Source: Macrostomum lignano (Eukaryota). Taken from it: a stretch of 64,000 nucleotides of DNA. The stretch lies in the NCBI GenBank assembly GCA_002269645.1, contig NIVC01001187.1, positions 384,203-448,202 on the forward strand, written 5' to 3'. Of this stretch, positions 1 to 37,969 are shown one piece after another (position 1 is the stretch's first letter; every line of letters begins with the position of its first letter). The position numbers were made by a program, and so were the translations under genes. The notes beneath the pieces are model-generated. The model worked only from the letters and a program-made list of their open reading frames with translations. It was not told the origin of the DNA and ran no database searches.

Positions 1-3000
1 AGACCAGCCTGCTGTCAATGCTACTCGATGCCGTGCTTCTCGACCAGCCCGCGGCGAGCCTGGCCGCCGCCTTCCAGCAGTCGCCCCCTAGCAACCGCTC
101 CGACACTAGCAGCGACGAATCCGCGCCGGACGCTGCCGCTGGTGGCGACGCGGCCTCCGATGCAAAACAGCAGACCACCTGTCGGAAGTTTGCTCTCGCC
201 CTGCTAATTGATTTGGCCAGGTAAACTTTGCACCCTGTGTGAGCGTGTGCAGGAGTCTGTGCCTGTGTACTGTGTACTGCATCACTGCCGAATCCCCGCT
301 CCCCAACTGGCAGGTGCTACTCGGTGGTCGCCAGCCACCTGCTCCGCCAGCCATGTCTGTCTCGCATTATTGACCGATTCGCCGTGCAGAACCGCTGCGA
401 CTCTGTTGAGCACGGGCTCAGCTTCTGCCTGTTAACTGAGGCCATCAACGCCTGCCCGAACGATGCCGACATTATCAACGGCCTGGTGACCGAAATTCGA
501 TCCGCTCTTCATCGAGCCGTCCATCTGGCCGACCCGGACGCCAGGTGCACGGCCCTGTTCAGCCTGGTGAATCTGGTGCAGCTGATGGCCACGCCGATCG
601 CCCGGACAGCCCAGCGCCGCGGCCTCCTGGCCGATCTGGTCCGCCTGCCTCTGGCCATCGACAGCGGCGTCAAGGCCGGCCGGGAGCTGCTCTGCCACCT
701 GCTGACCGCCCTGCACCTGCTGTGCGACCTGTGCCAGGAGGATCCGCGCCGCAAGGACACCGGCTATCACGCCTTCGACGGCTATCACGAGCTGCTGCTT
801 GGCGACCCGGCACTGGCCAATCACCTGCTGCTGCGCTACTCAGACGGCCACTCCGATGTCTCCAGCAGCCTGTTCGGCCTGCTAGGCGAGCGCCGGCCCT
901 ACGGCCAGGCCCGGGCGGGTAACTTCATTGCCGAGCACCACCTTGGCGGCGCCGCCTTGTCCCACTCCGACAACCGGCACATGGTTGCCCTTGGCAACGA
1001 CGACGACGAAGAGGAAGTGGAAGAAGACGATGAGGAAGAGGAGGAAGCTGTGAACGCCCAGCCGCAGGAGGCTGAGCAGCAGCAGCAGGACGATCGTCCG
1101 GACACTCCAGCCGTGAACCCTCTTTCAGCTGCCGAGCCGCAGCCTGCAGCTGAAGCTCCAGCTTCGTCGTCTCAGTTTTCGGCGCGCCCGCCGACTCTGG
1201 AGCCGCCGCCGGTAGCCGCGGCTACCAACGCCGCCGCCCACGAGGCCACCGCCAATTTCGACAACGCTCTGCAATCGATCGCTGATCGTTTGAACGTCCT
1301 GGAGGCCGCCGCTACCGCCAGCGACGATGCGCTTGCCGCGGAGAACAACGACGGAGGTGAAGACCAAGGCGAGCCGGCCAATGCCGTCATCGGCGCTGCT
1401 GCAGCTGGCGGCGACGCGCAAGCCGAGGACGATGACAATCTGATGATCGAAGACGATGAAGATGACGAGGATGAGGAGGAAGACGAAGAGGAGGAGCACG
1501 ATGAAGACGAGGAGGAAGACGAGGAGGAGGAAGAGGAGATGATGGACGCTGACGGCGGGGCGGAGCTGTCTGTGCCGGAGAGCGAGGACGACACGGACGA
1601 GGACGAGCGGCTGGGTGACCTGGTGCGGGTGCAGCTCGGCGAGCTGGGCGAAGACGACGACTTGAGCAACGATTTAGAAGCCGTGTTCCAGCTGGCCGGC
1701 GGGGGCGGCGGCGCCGGCGGCCACCTGGACATCCGTGAGCGGCTGGCCGGGCCGCGCCTGAACTACCTGCAGATGCGCAACTACCGCAACCCCATGCTCA
1801 TGCCGTATGGCGCCTTCCGCACTCGGCACGCCGGGCATCGGGCCGGCCGCGTTGGCGCCGGTGGAAACGCCGCCGCCGCCGCTGCCGCTGTCAGTTCGGA
1901 CGCCGCGTCGCCGTACAATTTGTTCGGCTCCGCATTCGCTGACGGCTCAGACCAGCTGAGCCAGACCGCCAGGTGGCGAGGCACCCTGCAGCATCCGCTG
2001 CTGATGAGCAGTTCCGATGGTGCTGCAGGCGGCGCAGGCGGCGGCGGTCAGAACTCGCCGGATCACGAGGGCGCCATCTTACACTACGTGAACCCGGACC
2101 GGCCGCCGCTGGTTCGCAGCAACGCTATTCGGCACGGCTCGCACGAGGCCCTGGCCAGCATGGAGCGGCTCACAGCCGAGTCTGGCGGAGACTACCCTGT
2201 GCACCAGCTGATGCGGGAGATGTCCAACCAGCAGCAGCGGCCGGACCTCATGTACCGCTGGGCTGAGCTGGTCCGCCTGCTGTCTGGCAGGGAGCTCGGC
2301 GACCTGCTCTGTCTAGCCAGGATCGAGGTAGCCACGGCGCTAGAGGCCGAGCGGCGAACCGAGTTGGAGTCGCGCCGGGCCGAGCTGGCTAAGCAGCAGA
2401 CGGCCAAGCAGCAGCAGCAGCGGGCCAGGGAGATTGAAGCCGCCGCGGCCGCGGCAGCCGCCTCATCTGGCTCTGATGCTCAGCAGGAAGAGGAGCAGCA
2501 GCAGCAGCAGCAGCTCGAAGCCACCGCGGCAGAAGAACCCGACGAAGAAGAAGAGTTGGCTGCAGCAGCAGAAGCCGCCGAGGTGCCCAACATTGCAGAG
2601 GAGGAGGCTCCTGAGGAGCAGGCGGCAGCGGCTACTGCGCAAGCTGGCTCAGTGGAAGAGGCCGCACCGCAGCAGCCTCAGTCCCAGCCGCCTCCGCTCG
2701 TGCCCATCGTTGCCGAGCCGCCGCCGCCACCGCCGCCGCCTCCACCTCCATCGCAGCCGGCTGTTGAAGAAGTTCCCGAAGAAGAAGCGCCTCCAGCCCC
2801 CGTTCCTATGGAAACAGATGCGGACTCGGGTGGCTCGCAACAGCAGCAGCGGCAGCAGCTCGAGGACGAAGCTGCGGACGAGGAGCTAGTAGATGCTATC
2901 GCCGCGGCCGCCGTTGCCGCAGCAACTACTGACGCCGCGGCCGCCGTTGCCGCTGCTGACGAAGGCGGCGCGTCTGGTGGTGGCAGACAAGCGGAGGCTT

Positions 3001-6000
3001 CCGCCGCTGCGGCCGGCGCCACCGCCGGTCCGTCCAGTTCATCGGAGTCCGCCAACTACCTGTTTAACGACGTTGATCCTGCCTTCCTGGAGGCCCTGCC
3101 CGAAGAGCTCCGCCAGGAGATCATCGCCGAGCAGCTGCGGCTTCGTCGACTTCAACAGCAGACGGGAGCGGCAGATCTCAATCCGGAGTTTCTGGCAGCT
3201 CTGCCGCCCAGCATTGCCGAAGAGGTGCTGCAGCAGGTGAGAGAGAATTTTGAGTTTCATCTTCTTGAGTGGCTACTATCCAGTCTCAGTAGTGTGTGGG
3301 TATATTCTGACATTGCCGTATTTTCATGCCTGCCAGGTGAACCGCGAGCAGGCCGGGCCAACCAGCAGCTCGGCCGCCCAGCCAGACGAGGCCATCGACC
3401 CCAATGCCTTCCTGGCCACGCTGACCCCGGCGCTGCGCCGCGAGGTGCTTTCAGAGATGGACGACGCCACCATCGCCGCCCTGCCTGCCGATCTGGCCGC
3501 CGAGGCCAGAGCTCTGCGACGCCAGCAGCAGCAGCAACAACAGCAGCAACAACAGCAGCAGCAGCAGCTGCATCATCATCACCAGCTTGATCACGAAGAC
3601 TGGCCGCGATTCCCACCGCGCTATCGAGAGCGGGCCAACGCCACGGCCGCCAGCTACTACCGGGTGCTGTACAACCTGCCCGCCAGGCCCGCACAGCCTC
3701 TTGGCGTCGGCGGCAGCGCTACAATCCGGCGCGCAATCGGCGGCGGCTCCTCCAGCAGCGGGGCTGGCGGCGGCTCAGGCGGCGGCTCGAGCGGCAAGCC
3801 GAAGCCGCTAGTCGACTGCGAGTCTCTGACTGTCTGCGTGGCCCTGCTGTGCTGCGACAGCGACGTTGTCCGCCAGGGCTGCCGGATGCTGCTGCACCGC
3901 CTGGCCGCGCACCCGCCCACCCGCCTCTGGCTGGCCAAGGCCCTGCTCGCCATCATCGCCTCAGCCGAGACCGTCCAGCAGCAGCAGCTTCTCGACGCCC
4001 CAGCCGCTGCCACAGTTGGCGGCCTGAACTGCCTGCTGGATCTGCGGTTTCGCGGCCAGTTCGGCCAGCCGCAGCGGATCTTCGCACTGCCCCGGCCGCC
4101 TCCTGGCGTCAAGCTGCGCTCCCCGCCCACGCTCTGCCTGCACCCAGACGCCTGCCCAGTGGTCTTGCGCGCCTGCCTGCAGTCCCTCACCGAGCTGGCC
4201 GAGACCGAAGAAGCCGCCTTCCTCAGCCCCTACGGCCCGTCTGAGTCGGCTGCGCCAGCCGACACCGGCGAGTTCTGGAGGCTGCTCCGCCATCTGGACG
4301 GCGGCAGCATCGGTGTAGCCTCGCCCGGTGCCGCTCCCGGCGGCGCCTCCGCCTCGGCTTCGTCGGCGTCAGCTGCGGCTTCGGCGTCAAACGCGGCGGC
4401 AAGCTCGGCGCCGTCAGCCGACCAGGAGGACCTGTTCCCCTCGGTGTTCCAGCTGCTCAGCCATCCGCTCATCTGTCGCCGGGCCGAGCTGCTGGACCAG
4501 CTGCTTGAACTGCTCGTCATCTGCGATAGCATGGCTCGCGACCACATGACCCGGTTGGCCAGGCCGCCCCGACCCCAGCAGCAGCCACCGCCGCCTCCAC
4601 CGCCGCCGCCGCCGCAGGAGCAATCACAACAGCAGCAGCAGCAAGAAGAAGAAACCCAGCAGCAGCAGCAGCAGCAGCAGAGCCAGGCGTCGTCTCAGCA
4701 AGCCGCTGCTCAACAGTCTCAGCAGAAGCAATCGCAACAACAACTACCAGATCTTGGCCGCGTGCCAAATCTAGAAGCTCATCTTCGTCAGCTAGTTGAC
4801 GTCCTGGTTGGCAAGCTGCCAGTCACCGACCAGGGCCTGGAGAATGCCGGCAAGCTGGTGCCGCATCTGTGCCGCTACGGCCGCCGGGTTGAGGACTGCC
4901 TGCTGTCCAGCCTGACTGACGGCCTGCGGCACCTGGCCGGACAGCTGGAACGGCGGCTGTCCCGGCTGGCTGACGAGCTCCAGGATCACCTGGCCAAGGC
5001 CCAGCAGCAGCAGCAGCAATTGTCTGCTTCCGCTTCTGGCAGCTCCGCCTCTCTGCAGCAGCTCGAAACTGCCACGGCCTCCTCAAGCAGCAGCGGCGTT
5101 GGCCGCGTCCTCCAGGACCGCTTCAGTGGCGCCAACGTGGTCCTTCGCGCCGATGCTCTGTCGGGCTATGCGCCGCCGCGCGACCTTGCCCTGCCCAGCC
5201 TGGCCGCGCTGGCGAACGATCGGCACCTGCAGAGGCGGCTGCTCAAACTGCTCAACATGCTCGGCCAGCTGGACAGCCAGGGCGGCCGGGCAGCCGAGGT
5301 CAGCCAAGTCCTTGAGCCGCTATGGGCCCGGCTTAGCGAGTGCCTGAGCCTGCTCAACCAGTGCGAGGACCCCAACTCGGTGCTTGTGCTGCAGACCACC
5401 GTCGAGTCCTTCTTCGTCGCCTCCGGCGGCTCCCGGGATCAGGCGGCCACCCTGCGGCGACTGGCATCAGCCGGCGCCGAGACCAACAACTCCGAGCAGC
5501 TGTCCCACCTAGACCTGGAGATCAGCGCACCCGAAACCGCCGCCCCGGCCGCTCCGTCTGCTTCCGCTACCAGCACCACGCCGAAGGAGCCGGCGGCCGA
5601 CAGTCAGAAGGCCTTCCTATTGAGCTTTGCCACCCGGCACCGCGGCCTGCTGAACCAGATCCTCCGCCAGCAGACCACGCCGCTGACGCGCGGCCCATTC
5701 GCCTGGCTGGCTGAGCACCCGCGCCTGCTGGATTTCGATGTGAAAGTGCAGTACTTCCGCAGCCAGCTGGACAGCGGCAGGCCGCGCAACACCGAGACCG
5801 TGGCCGTCAACAGGCAGCGCGTGTTCGAGGACTCGTTCGCTAAACTGCATAGGAAGTCTCGGAACGAATGGAAACAGCATTTCCAGATTCATTTCCAGGT
5901 GGGCTTTGTACTAGTAGCTATCTAAGTTCCCCTATGCTGCCTGGGGATTGGGGAATCGCCCCTTAAACTACATGGGGATTTGGGAAGAATCTCCCCTTAA

Positions 6001-9000
6001 ACTACATGGGGATTGGGGAAGAATATCCCCTTAAACTACATGGGGATTGGGCTAGAATCTCCCCTTAAAGTACATAGGGATTGGGGAAGAATCTCCTCTT
6101 AAACTACATGGGGATTGGGCTAGAATCTCCCCTTAAAGTACATAGGGATTGGGGAAGCATCTCCCCTTAAACTACATGAGGATTGGGGAAGAATCGCCCC
6201 TTAAACTACGTGGGGATTGGGGAAGAATCGCCCCTTAAACTACATGAGGATTGGGGAAGAATCGCCCCTTAAGCGACATGGGGATTGGGAAAGAATCGCC
6301 CCTTGAACTACATGGGAATTTGTGAAGAATCTCCCCTTAAACTACATGAGGATTGGGGAAGAATCGCCCCTTAAACTACATGAGGATTGGGGAAGAATCG
6401 CCCCTTAAACTACGTGGGAATTTGTGAAGAATCTCCCCTTAAACTACATGGGGATTGGGCTAGAATCTCCCCTTAAAGTACATAGGGATTGGGGAAGAAT
6501 CTCCTCTTAAACTACATGGGGATTGGGCTAGAATCTCCCCTTAAAGTACATAGGGATTGGGGAAGAATCTCCTCTTAAACTACATGGGGATTGGGCTAGA
6601 ATCTCCCCTTAAACTACATGAGGATTGGGGAAGAATCTCCTCTTAAACTACATGGGGATTGGGCTAGAATCTCCCCTTAAAGTACATAGGGATTGGGGAA
6701 GAATCTCCTCTTAAACTACATGGGGATTGGGCTAGAATCTCCCCTTAAACTACATGAGGATTGGGGAAGAATCGCCCCTTAAACTACGTGGGGATTGGGG
6801 AAGAATCTCCTCTTAAACTACATGGAGATTGGGGAAGTATCTTCCCTTAAGCTACATGGAGTTTAGGGAAGAATCGCCCCTTAAACTACATGGGGATTGG
6901 GGAAGAATCTACCCTTAAACTACATGGGGATTGGGGAAGAATCTACCCTTAAACTACATGGGGATTTGGGAAGAATCTCCCCTTAAGCTACATGGAGTTT
7001 AGGGAAGAATCCTGAATTATTACAATAAGCTTTCTGTGAATTCCGCAGGGCGAGGAAGGCCAGGACGCGGGCGGGCTGCTGCGTGAATGGTACGCCATCC
7101 TGAGCCGGGAGATCTTCAATCCCAATTACGCGCTGTTCAAGGTGAACCCAGGCGATCAGGTCACCTACACGATCAACGCAGCCAGCCACATCAACAACAA
7201 TCACCTGACTTATTTCAAATTCGTTGGCCGCCTCATTGCCAAGGCCGTGTACGACAATAAGCTGCTGGAGTGCTACTTCACCAGGGCCTTCTACAAGCAC
7301 ATCCTGGGCCTGCCTGTGAACTGCAGCGATCTGGAGAGCGAAGACTACGACTTTTACAAGGGCCTGCGCTTCCTCCTGGAGAATGACGTGGCTTCCCTAG
7401 GCTACGAGCAGACATTCTCCACCGAGGTGTCCGTGTTCGGCGTCACCGAGACTCGCGAGCTCGTGCCAGACGGTCGGAACAAGGTGGTCACCGAGGACAA
7501 CAAGGCGGAGTACGTGGCCCGCGTGTGCCAGGAGCGGATGATCGGCTCCATCAGGCAGCAGCTGGCCGCCTTTCTCGAAGGCTTCTACGATATCATTCCG
7601 AAGCGGCTCATTAGCATATTTAATGAGCAAGAGCTGGAGCTGCTCATCTCCGGCTTGCCGACTATTGACATTGACGACCTGCGGGCCAACACCTTGTATG
7701 AGAAGTACTCCGCCACTAGCCCGCAGGTGAGCGCTGATTAGCTGGCTTTCTTTTATTGGTTACTGGAGTGTCAGGTGGTGATTCGAGGTGTCAGTTTGTC
7801 ACAATATATTGGTTGTCAGATGATGATAATCTGGGATTCTGGGTGTCATTTGGTAATCTGGATGTCAGCTGGTAATCCGAGGGTCAGATGGTAATCTGGG
7901 GGTCAGATGGTAATCTCGGGGTCAGATGGTAATCCGGGGGGTCAGATGGTAATCTCGGGGTCAGATGGTAATCTGGGGGTCAGATGGTGATCTGGGGTCA
8001 GATGATAATCTAGGGGTCAGATGGTAATCTGGGGTCAGATGATGATCTGGGGTCACATGATAATCTAGGGGTCAGATGATAATCTAGGGGTCAGATGGTA
8101 ATCTGGGGTGTCAGTTGTTAATCTGGGTGTCAGCTGATACTATTGGGCCCGGGGTGTCAGTGAGTAATCGTGAGCATCTTAATAATTTTGTTGATATGAC
8201 TAGAAACTCTTTAACTTGAAATTCTGCTCCCTCCGTCGCCTCAGATCCAGTGGCTCTGGCGGGCTCTGCGCAGCTTTGACCAGGCCGACCGGGCCCGGTT
8301 TATTCAGTTCGTCACGGGCACCAGCAAGGTGCCGCTCGGCGGCTTCGCCAAGCTGGAGGGCATGCGCGGCCAGCAGAAGTTCCAGGTGCACCGGGACGGC
8401 CGATCCACCGACAGGCTGCCGACTGCGCACACCTGGTGAGCTTTTGTATTTTGAATAACTGGTTTTGCCTTTTTTGACCTTTGACCTCAACAATTCCTCA
8501 GTAACCTTTTCTTTCGAATTCTTTTCGAAGTGACCTTTGACCTCGATTCTTTTATGGTGACCTTTGACCTCAGTTATTTCACAGTGACCTTTGACCTCGA
8601 TTCTTTCATGGGGACCTATGACCTTATTTTCATGGTGACCTTTGACCTTATTTTTCATGGTGTCCTTTGATCTCGATTCTTTAATGTTGTCCTTTGACCT
8701 CTTTTCTTTCGTGGTGACCTTTGACCTTATTTTCCATGGTGTCCTTTGACCTCGATTCTTTCTTGGTGACCTTTGACCTTATTTTTCATGGTGTCCTTTG
8801 ATCTCGATTCTTTAATGGTGACCTTTGATCTCGATTCTTTAATGGTGACCTTTGATCTCGATTCTTTAATGGTGACCTTTGATTAAACTACTGGCTCTGC
8901 CTGCGAGCTTACTAGTGCAAGTCATGCCATGGTTACCAATGCCTGATTAACACTGGGACTCGAACCCCCCGCCTCCGTTGTCCCCGCAGCTTCAACCAGC

Positions 9001-9092
9001 TGGACCTGCCAGTGTACGAGAGCTACGAGAAGCTGCGCGAGATGCTGCTGCTGGCCATCACGGAGTGCTCAGAGGGCTACGGCCTGGCCTGA
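1..9092 (+). CDS. HUWE1: HUWE1/Tom1-type HECT E3 ubiquitin ligase, 5'-truncated by the window (about 2224 aa in window)
   Basis: join(<3..220,314..3236,3337..5898,7049..7726,8245..8435,8990..9092); all introns GT-AG and phases match. Long acidic tract; three UBM-like repeats ([54 protein letters not shown]); HECT motifs [13 protein letters not shown](Q)[71 protein letters not shown], and C-terminus ECSEGYGLA*. The catalytic Cys codon is split TG|C across the last intron. Confidence 0.95.
5940..7012. repeat. 34-bp minisatellite (GGGGATTGGGGAAGAATCTCCCCTTAAACTACAT), about 31 copies, HUWE1 intron
   Basis: Unit read directly; fills nearly all of intron 5899-7048; no unique spacers. Confidence 0.9.
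7850..8125. repeat. 19-21-bp minisatellite (GGTAATCTGGGGTCAGAT)
   Basis: Direct tandem copies within HUWE1 intron 7727-8244. Confidence 0.85.
8470..8885. repeat. 26-27-bp minisatellite with core TGACCTTTGACCT
   Basis: About 15 degenerate copies in the last HUWE1 intron. Confidence 0.85.
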
Positions 9093-10184
9093 TCTGCCAT
9101 ATCTGCCTGCACTCCTGACTCACACCAGCCCAGCTCACTGAGCTAATGAACCTTTGTTTCTCTTTGTTTATTTTGTTCATTGTCAGAGCCGCAAGAGCGC
9201 CTTGTCTGTAGGCGGGCATCTCGCGCTGTCTTTTGCTTATCGAAACGTATTTTCTTGTGTTTCTGTCATCGGGGCTCCATGGGTCACCGGGTTGTCGGCA
9301 AGCACAATGGACTCCCACAGGCCCCTGTCCGACAGGTGCGCCTGTAGAACTGAACAGCTTCAGCCTCTCTGGTCTCAGTTCCGGCTTCATCTGGCACTGT
9401 CCGCATCGCTTTGCTTTCTTTTGTCCTTTGTCCTGTTTGCTCGTTCACTCTGGCATTTAGGTCGACCTTATGAATACAGCAGTAGTTGTCTCTCACTCCC
9501 TCTCTCTCTCTGTGTGTCTCGCAACATCTAGTTACTAGCACCGCCTGTCAGCTAATCTGCTCTCTACCTTATCCAGCTATTTTGCAGTCTGTGCCCGAGC
9601 CCCCCTCTAGCCTCTCTACTTTAAGTAGCGCGTTGCAATCATGCGCGCAAAGAAAACTTATTTTGCTTAATCTAATTATTTTCTCACCTGCCCCGCAGTC
9701 GGGAATTTTTCTCTATATTCAGATTGCGCGCAGTCCGGGCGCTTCGCCGCGGGCCTCTGTTCGAGTTTTATTTTTTCCCCGGGTTTCATTTGCGTTCGAC
9801 TTGGTTCCGCTTTAAATACCTTGAATTCAATTTCCGCCTGTCACTGCCGGCCTCCACCAATGGCGAGCTGCGGTCTGCAATCCAACAGTTTAAACTGCGC
9901 ATTGTTTGATAGATGGCTGGGCAGCGAGTGAATTTCAGCAATCCACTGTAGTCCGCTTCTCTTTATTGCTACCTGTGTGGATTGCCCACCCTATGCATGA
10001 TGTTATACCTTAGCAAATGCATCTACTAAATATATTGAACTCTTGCACACCAACTGAAAAATTACCACAAAACAGGCACTCGCTCTGGCATTGGTACAAA
10101 AACTTTAATTCTCTGCTTTGGCTCTGAGCTGGCCGCCTTCACTGCTGCTCCATTTTTATACTTTCAACTGATTCTCCTATATCC

Positions 10185-10312
10185 CTTCCCCATCTCCCTG
10201 CCCTCCCCATCTCCCTGCCTTCCCCATCTCCCTGCCTTCCCCATCTCCCTGCCTTCCCCATCTCCCTGCCTTCCCCATCTCCCTGCCTTCCCCATCTCCC
10301 TGCCTTCCCCAT
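10185..10312. repeat. 17-bp pyrimidine-rich repeat (CCTTCCCCATCTCCCTG), about 8 copies
   Basis: Direct tandem copies downstream of the HUWE1 stop. Confidence 0.85.
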
Positions 10313-10937
10313 CCCTGTCCGTCCCTGTCTCCCAGCCGCTAGAACAGCGATGAAAAATGAAGCATACTTTTTTCTGGATCTCATCAAACGCGCCGAAACT
10401 CCTAAAGAATAAAAAGCACCGCTTGCTCTCTCCGGGATCTGCCTGACTCGGCTGTGTGTGTTGGTACCTGCGCACCTGTATTTAGCCAGCCTTGGTCCGC
10501 AGCCAGCCCTCCTCACACACGCAGAGGCCCGGCTCTGCACTGCTTGAGGCTCAGTCCCGGGCTGAGTTTATTTTGCGTATTGAAACCGCCGGTCCACTGC
10601 AATTTCCCGTCGCAGCCCCCACCTCTCTGAATGCTCTCGGACCTGCAATGGATATGCTGGGGCTGAGCGCTACTCCACTGTGGCTTCAATAAAATCTGCT
10701 CTGGATTGGGGCAGGCAGGTAAATAGAGGCTCAGGCTTCGCCCCCCCCCCCTTCACAGCCGGCGCTCTGTCCAGGCCTGAAGAAGTGCCCGCATAGCGCC
10801 CGGCTGCGGAGCTGCAGACACCGGAAGAGCCGATAAGAGATGGCGGGCTGGCTTGGACTTGGTTGCTGGGGTGGCCGCTGCTAGCCCTGGCAGAGAGTCA
10901 GTTCAAGGGCATGCTGTGTTTGGGAGCGTCTGTTAGT

Positions 10938-11650
10938 TCCTGGTCATTGCTGTTTGCCTCTGAGAGTGCCTGGTCATTGTGGTTTGCCAGTAAAAGTGCC
11001 TGATCATTGTAGTTTGCCTGTCAGAGGGCCTGGTCATTGTGGTTTGCCTGTGAGAGTGCCTGGTCATTGTGGTTTGCCAGTAAAAGTGCCTGGTCATTGT
11101 GATTTGCCTGTAAAAGTACCTGATCATTGTGATTTGCCTGTCAGAGGGCCTGGTCATTGTGGTTTGCCTGTGGGAGTGCCTGGTCATTGTGGTTTGCCTG
11201 TGAGAGTGCCTGGTCATTGTAGTTTGCCTATCAGAGTGCCTGGTCATTGTGGTTTGCCAGTAAAAGTGCCTGATCATTGTAGTTTGCCTGTCAGAGGGCC
11301 TGGTCATTGTGGTTTGCCTGTGAGAGTGCCTGGTCATTGTAATTTGCCTGTCAGAGTGCCTGGTCATTGTGGTTTGCCTGTGAGAGTGCCTGGTCATTGT
11401 GGTTTGCCTGTCAGAGGGCCTGGTCATTGTGATTTGCCTGTCAGAGGGCCTGGTCATTGTGGTTTGCCTGTGAGAGTTCCTGGTCATTGTGGTTTGCCTG
11501 TGAGAGTGCCTGGTCATTGTGGTTTGTCTGTGAGAGTGCCTGGTCATTGTGATTTGCCTGTCAGAGGGCCTGATCATTGTGGTTTGCCCGAGAGAGCGCC
11601 TGGTCATTGTGGTTTGCCTGTCAGAGTGCCTGGTCATTGTGGTGTCACTG
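10938..11650. repeat. 30-bp minisatellite (CCTGGTCATTGTGGTTTGCCTGTGAGAGTG), about 24 copies
   Basis: Direct tandem copies between HUWE1 and the stomatin gene. Confidence 0.9.
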
Positions 11651-11664
11651 CCTGGTCAGTCTTG

Positions 11665-12988
11665 TGCAGGTCCTGCCCGGGGTGTTACAGTCATCATGCT
11701 ATCAGGTCCTGACCGGAGTGCTGCAGTCATCATGCTATCAGGTCCTGACTGGGGTGCTGCAGTCATCATGCTATCAGGTCCTGACCGGAGTGCTGCAGTC
11801 ATCATGCTATCAGGTCCTGACTGGGGTGCTGCAGTCATCATGCTGTCAGGTCCTGACCGGGGTGTTACAGTCATCATGCTATCAGGTCCTGACCGGGGTG
11901 CTGCAGTCATCATGCTATCAGGTCCTGCCCGGGGTGTTACAGTCATCATGCTATCAGGTCCTGACCGGAGTGCTGCAGTCATCATGCTATCAGGTCCTGA
12001 CTGGGGTGTTACAGTCATCATGCTGTCAGGTCCTGACCGGGGTGTTACAGTCATCATGCTATCAGGTCCTGACCGTGGTGCTGCAGTCATCATGCTGTCA
12101 GGTCCTGACCGGGGTGCTGCAGTCATCATGCTATCAGGTCCTGACCGGGGTGCTGCAGTCATCATGCTGTCAGGTCCTGACCAGGGTGCTGCAGTCATCA
12201 TGCTATCAGGTCCTGACCGGGGTGCTGCAGTCATCATGCTATCAGGTCCTGACCGGGGTGCTGCAGTCATCATGCTATCAGGTCCTGACCGGGGTGCTGC
12301 AGTCATCATGCTATCAGCTCCTGACCGGTTTGCTGCAGTCATCATGCTATCAGGTCCTGACCGGGGTGCTGCAGTCATCATGCTATCATGCTATCAGGTC
12401 CTGACCGGTTTGCTGCTGTCATCATGCTATCAGGTCCTGACCGGGGTGCTGCAGTCATCATGCTATCAGGTCCTGACCGGGGTGCTGCAGTCATCATGCT
12501 ATCAGGTCCTGACCGGGGTGCTGCAGTCATCATGCTATCAGGTCCTGACCGGGGTGCTGCAGTCATCATGCTATCAGCTCCTGACCGGTTTGCTGCAGTC
12601 ATCATGCTATCAGGTCCTGACCGGGGTGCTGCAGTCATCATGCTATCATGCTATCAGCTCCTGACCGGTTTGCTGCAGTCATCATGCTATCAGGTCCTGA
12701 CCGGGGTGCTGCAGTCATCATGCTATCAGGTCCTGACCGGGGTGCTGCAGTCATCATGCTATCAGGTCCTGACCGGGGTGCTGCAGTCATCATGCTATCA
12801 GGTCCTGACCGGGGTGCTGCAGTCATCATGCTATCAGGTCCTGACCGGGTTGCTGCAGTCATCATGCTATCAGGTCCTGACCGGGGTGTTACAGTCATCA
12901 TGCTATCAGCTCCTGACCGGTTTGCTGCAGTCATCATGCTATCAGGTCCTGACCAGGGTGCTGCAGTCATCATGCTATCAGGTCCTGC
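11665..12988. repeat. 36-bp minisatellite (CAGTCATCATGCTATCAGGTCCTGACCGGGGTGCTG), about 36 copies
   Basis: Direct tandem copies abutting the 30-bp array; ends about 300 bp before the stomatin ATG. Confidence 0.9.
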
Positions 12989-13281
12989 TACACTCCCGCT
13001 CCCACTGCCGGTCAATGCAAACAGAAGCCGGCCCCACAGCCAATGGCGCGCTACGATAGCAGGCAGCAAAGCAGTGGGAGATTTCTCCTCCAATAGTTGC
13101 CGGTCGTCTGAGCCTTCTCGCTCCACCCTTACGCTCAGCCAGCCAGTTTCTCATTAACCCAGCCTATCCCCCTGTTCCCCTGCCCCTCACCTCGCCTCCG
13201 CCATTTACTTTTAGCCTGCTGTTCCGGTCTGACAGCCCGAGCAGCTCATAGTGTTGAGACCGCGTGCCCCACCGGAAGCCA

Positions 13282-37630
<24,349 letters not shown>

Positions 37631-37969
37631 GGCTGTCAAGGAAATGAAAGTTTGCATAGAAACTCAGTATTGCTCTGGCGAGCAACAGCTGAGCAGGGCG
37701 CCAAGATGAAGCTGCAAAATAATTGAATACTCACTCAGACCCGCGCCCAGCCTCCCGCCTTCACGAGGTTTCCGTTAAATTTGTTTTACTGATTGCTCGT
37801 TTTTCACTGTTGTCTAACTGACAACGGGACTGGAAATCTCTCCGAATCCTTTTGTACGCTCATTGTGATCTGATATTTTTTGTATTGTTATTCCTGCTTG
37901 GTGAATGGAATGATTGGAGTTCGTGAGTGGGCGAGTTGGTGAAAGAAACAAATTCAATTTGGTGAATCG

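Noticed and set aside
3237-3590. ORF-track extensions of HUWE1 (324..3590 tail and 3250..3336 head)
   Set aside because: Explained by read-through of the 100-nt GT-AG intron 3237-3336; splicing restores continuous UBM repeats.
11549-13157. VIMLSGPDRGAA / LQSSCYQVLTGV / MMTAAPRSGPDS repeat ORFs
   Set aside because: The 36-bp unit is open in several frames on both strands and 10-nt insertions (ATGCTATC duplications at about 12385 and 12645) shift frame.
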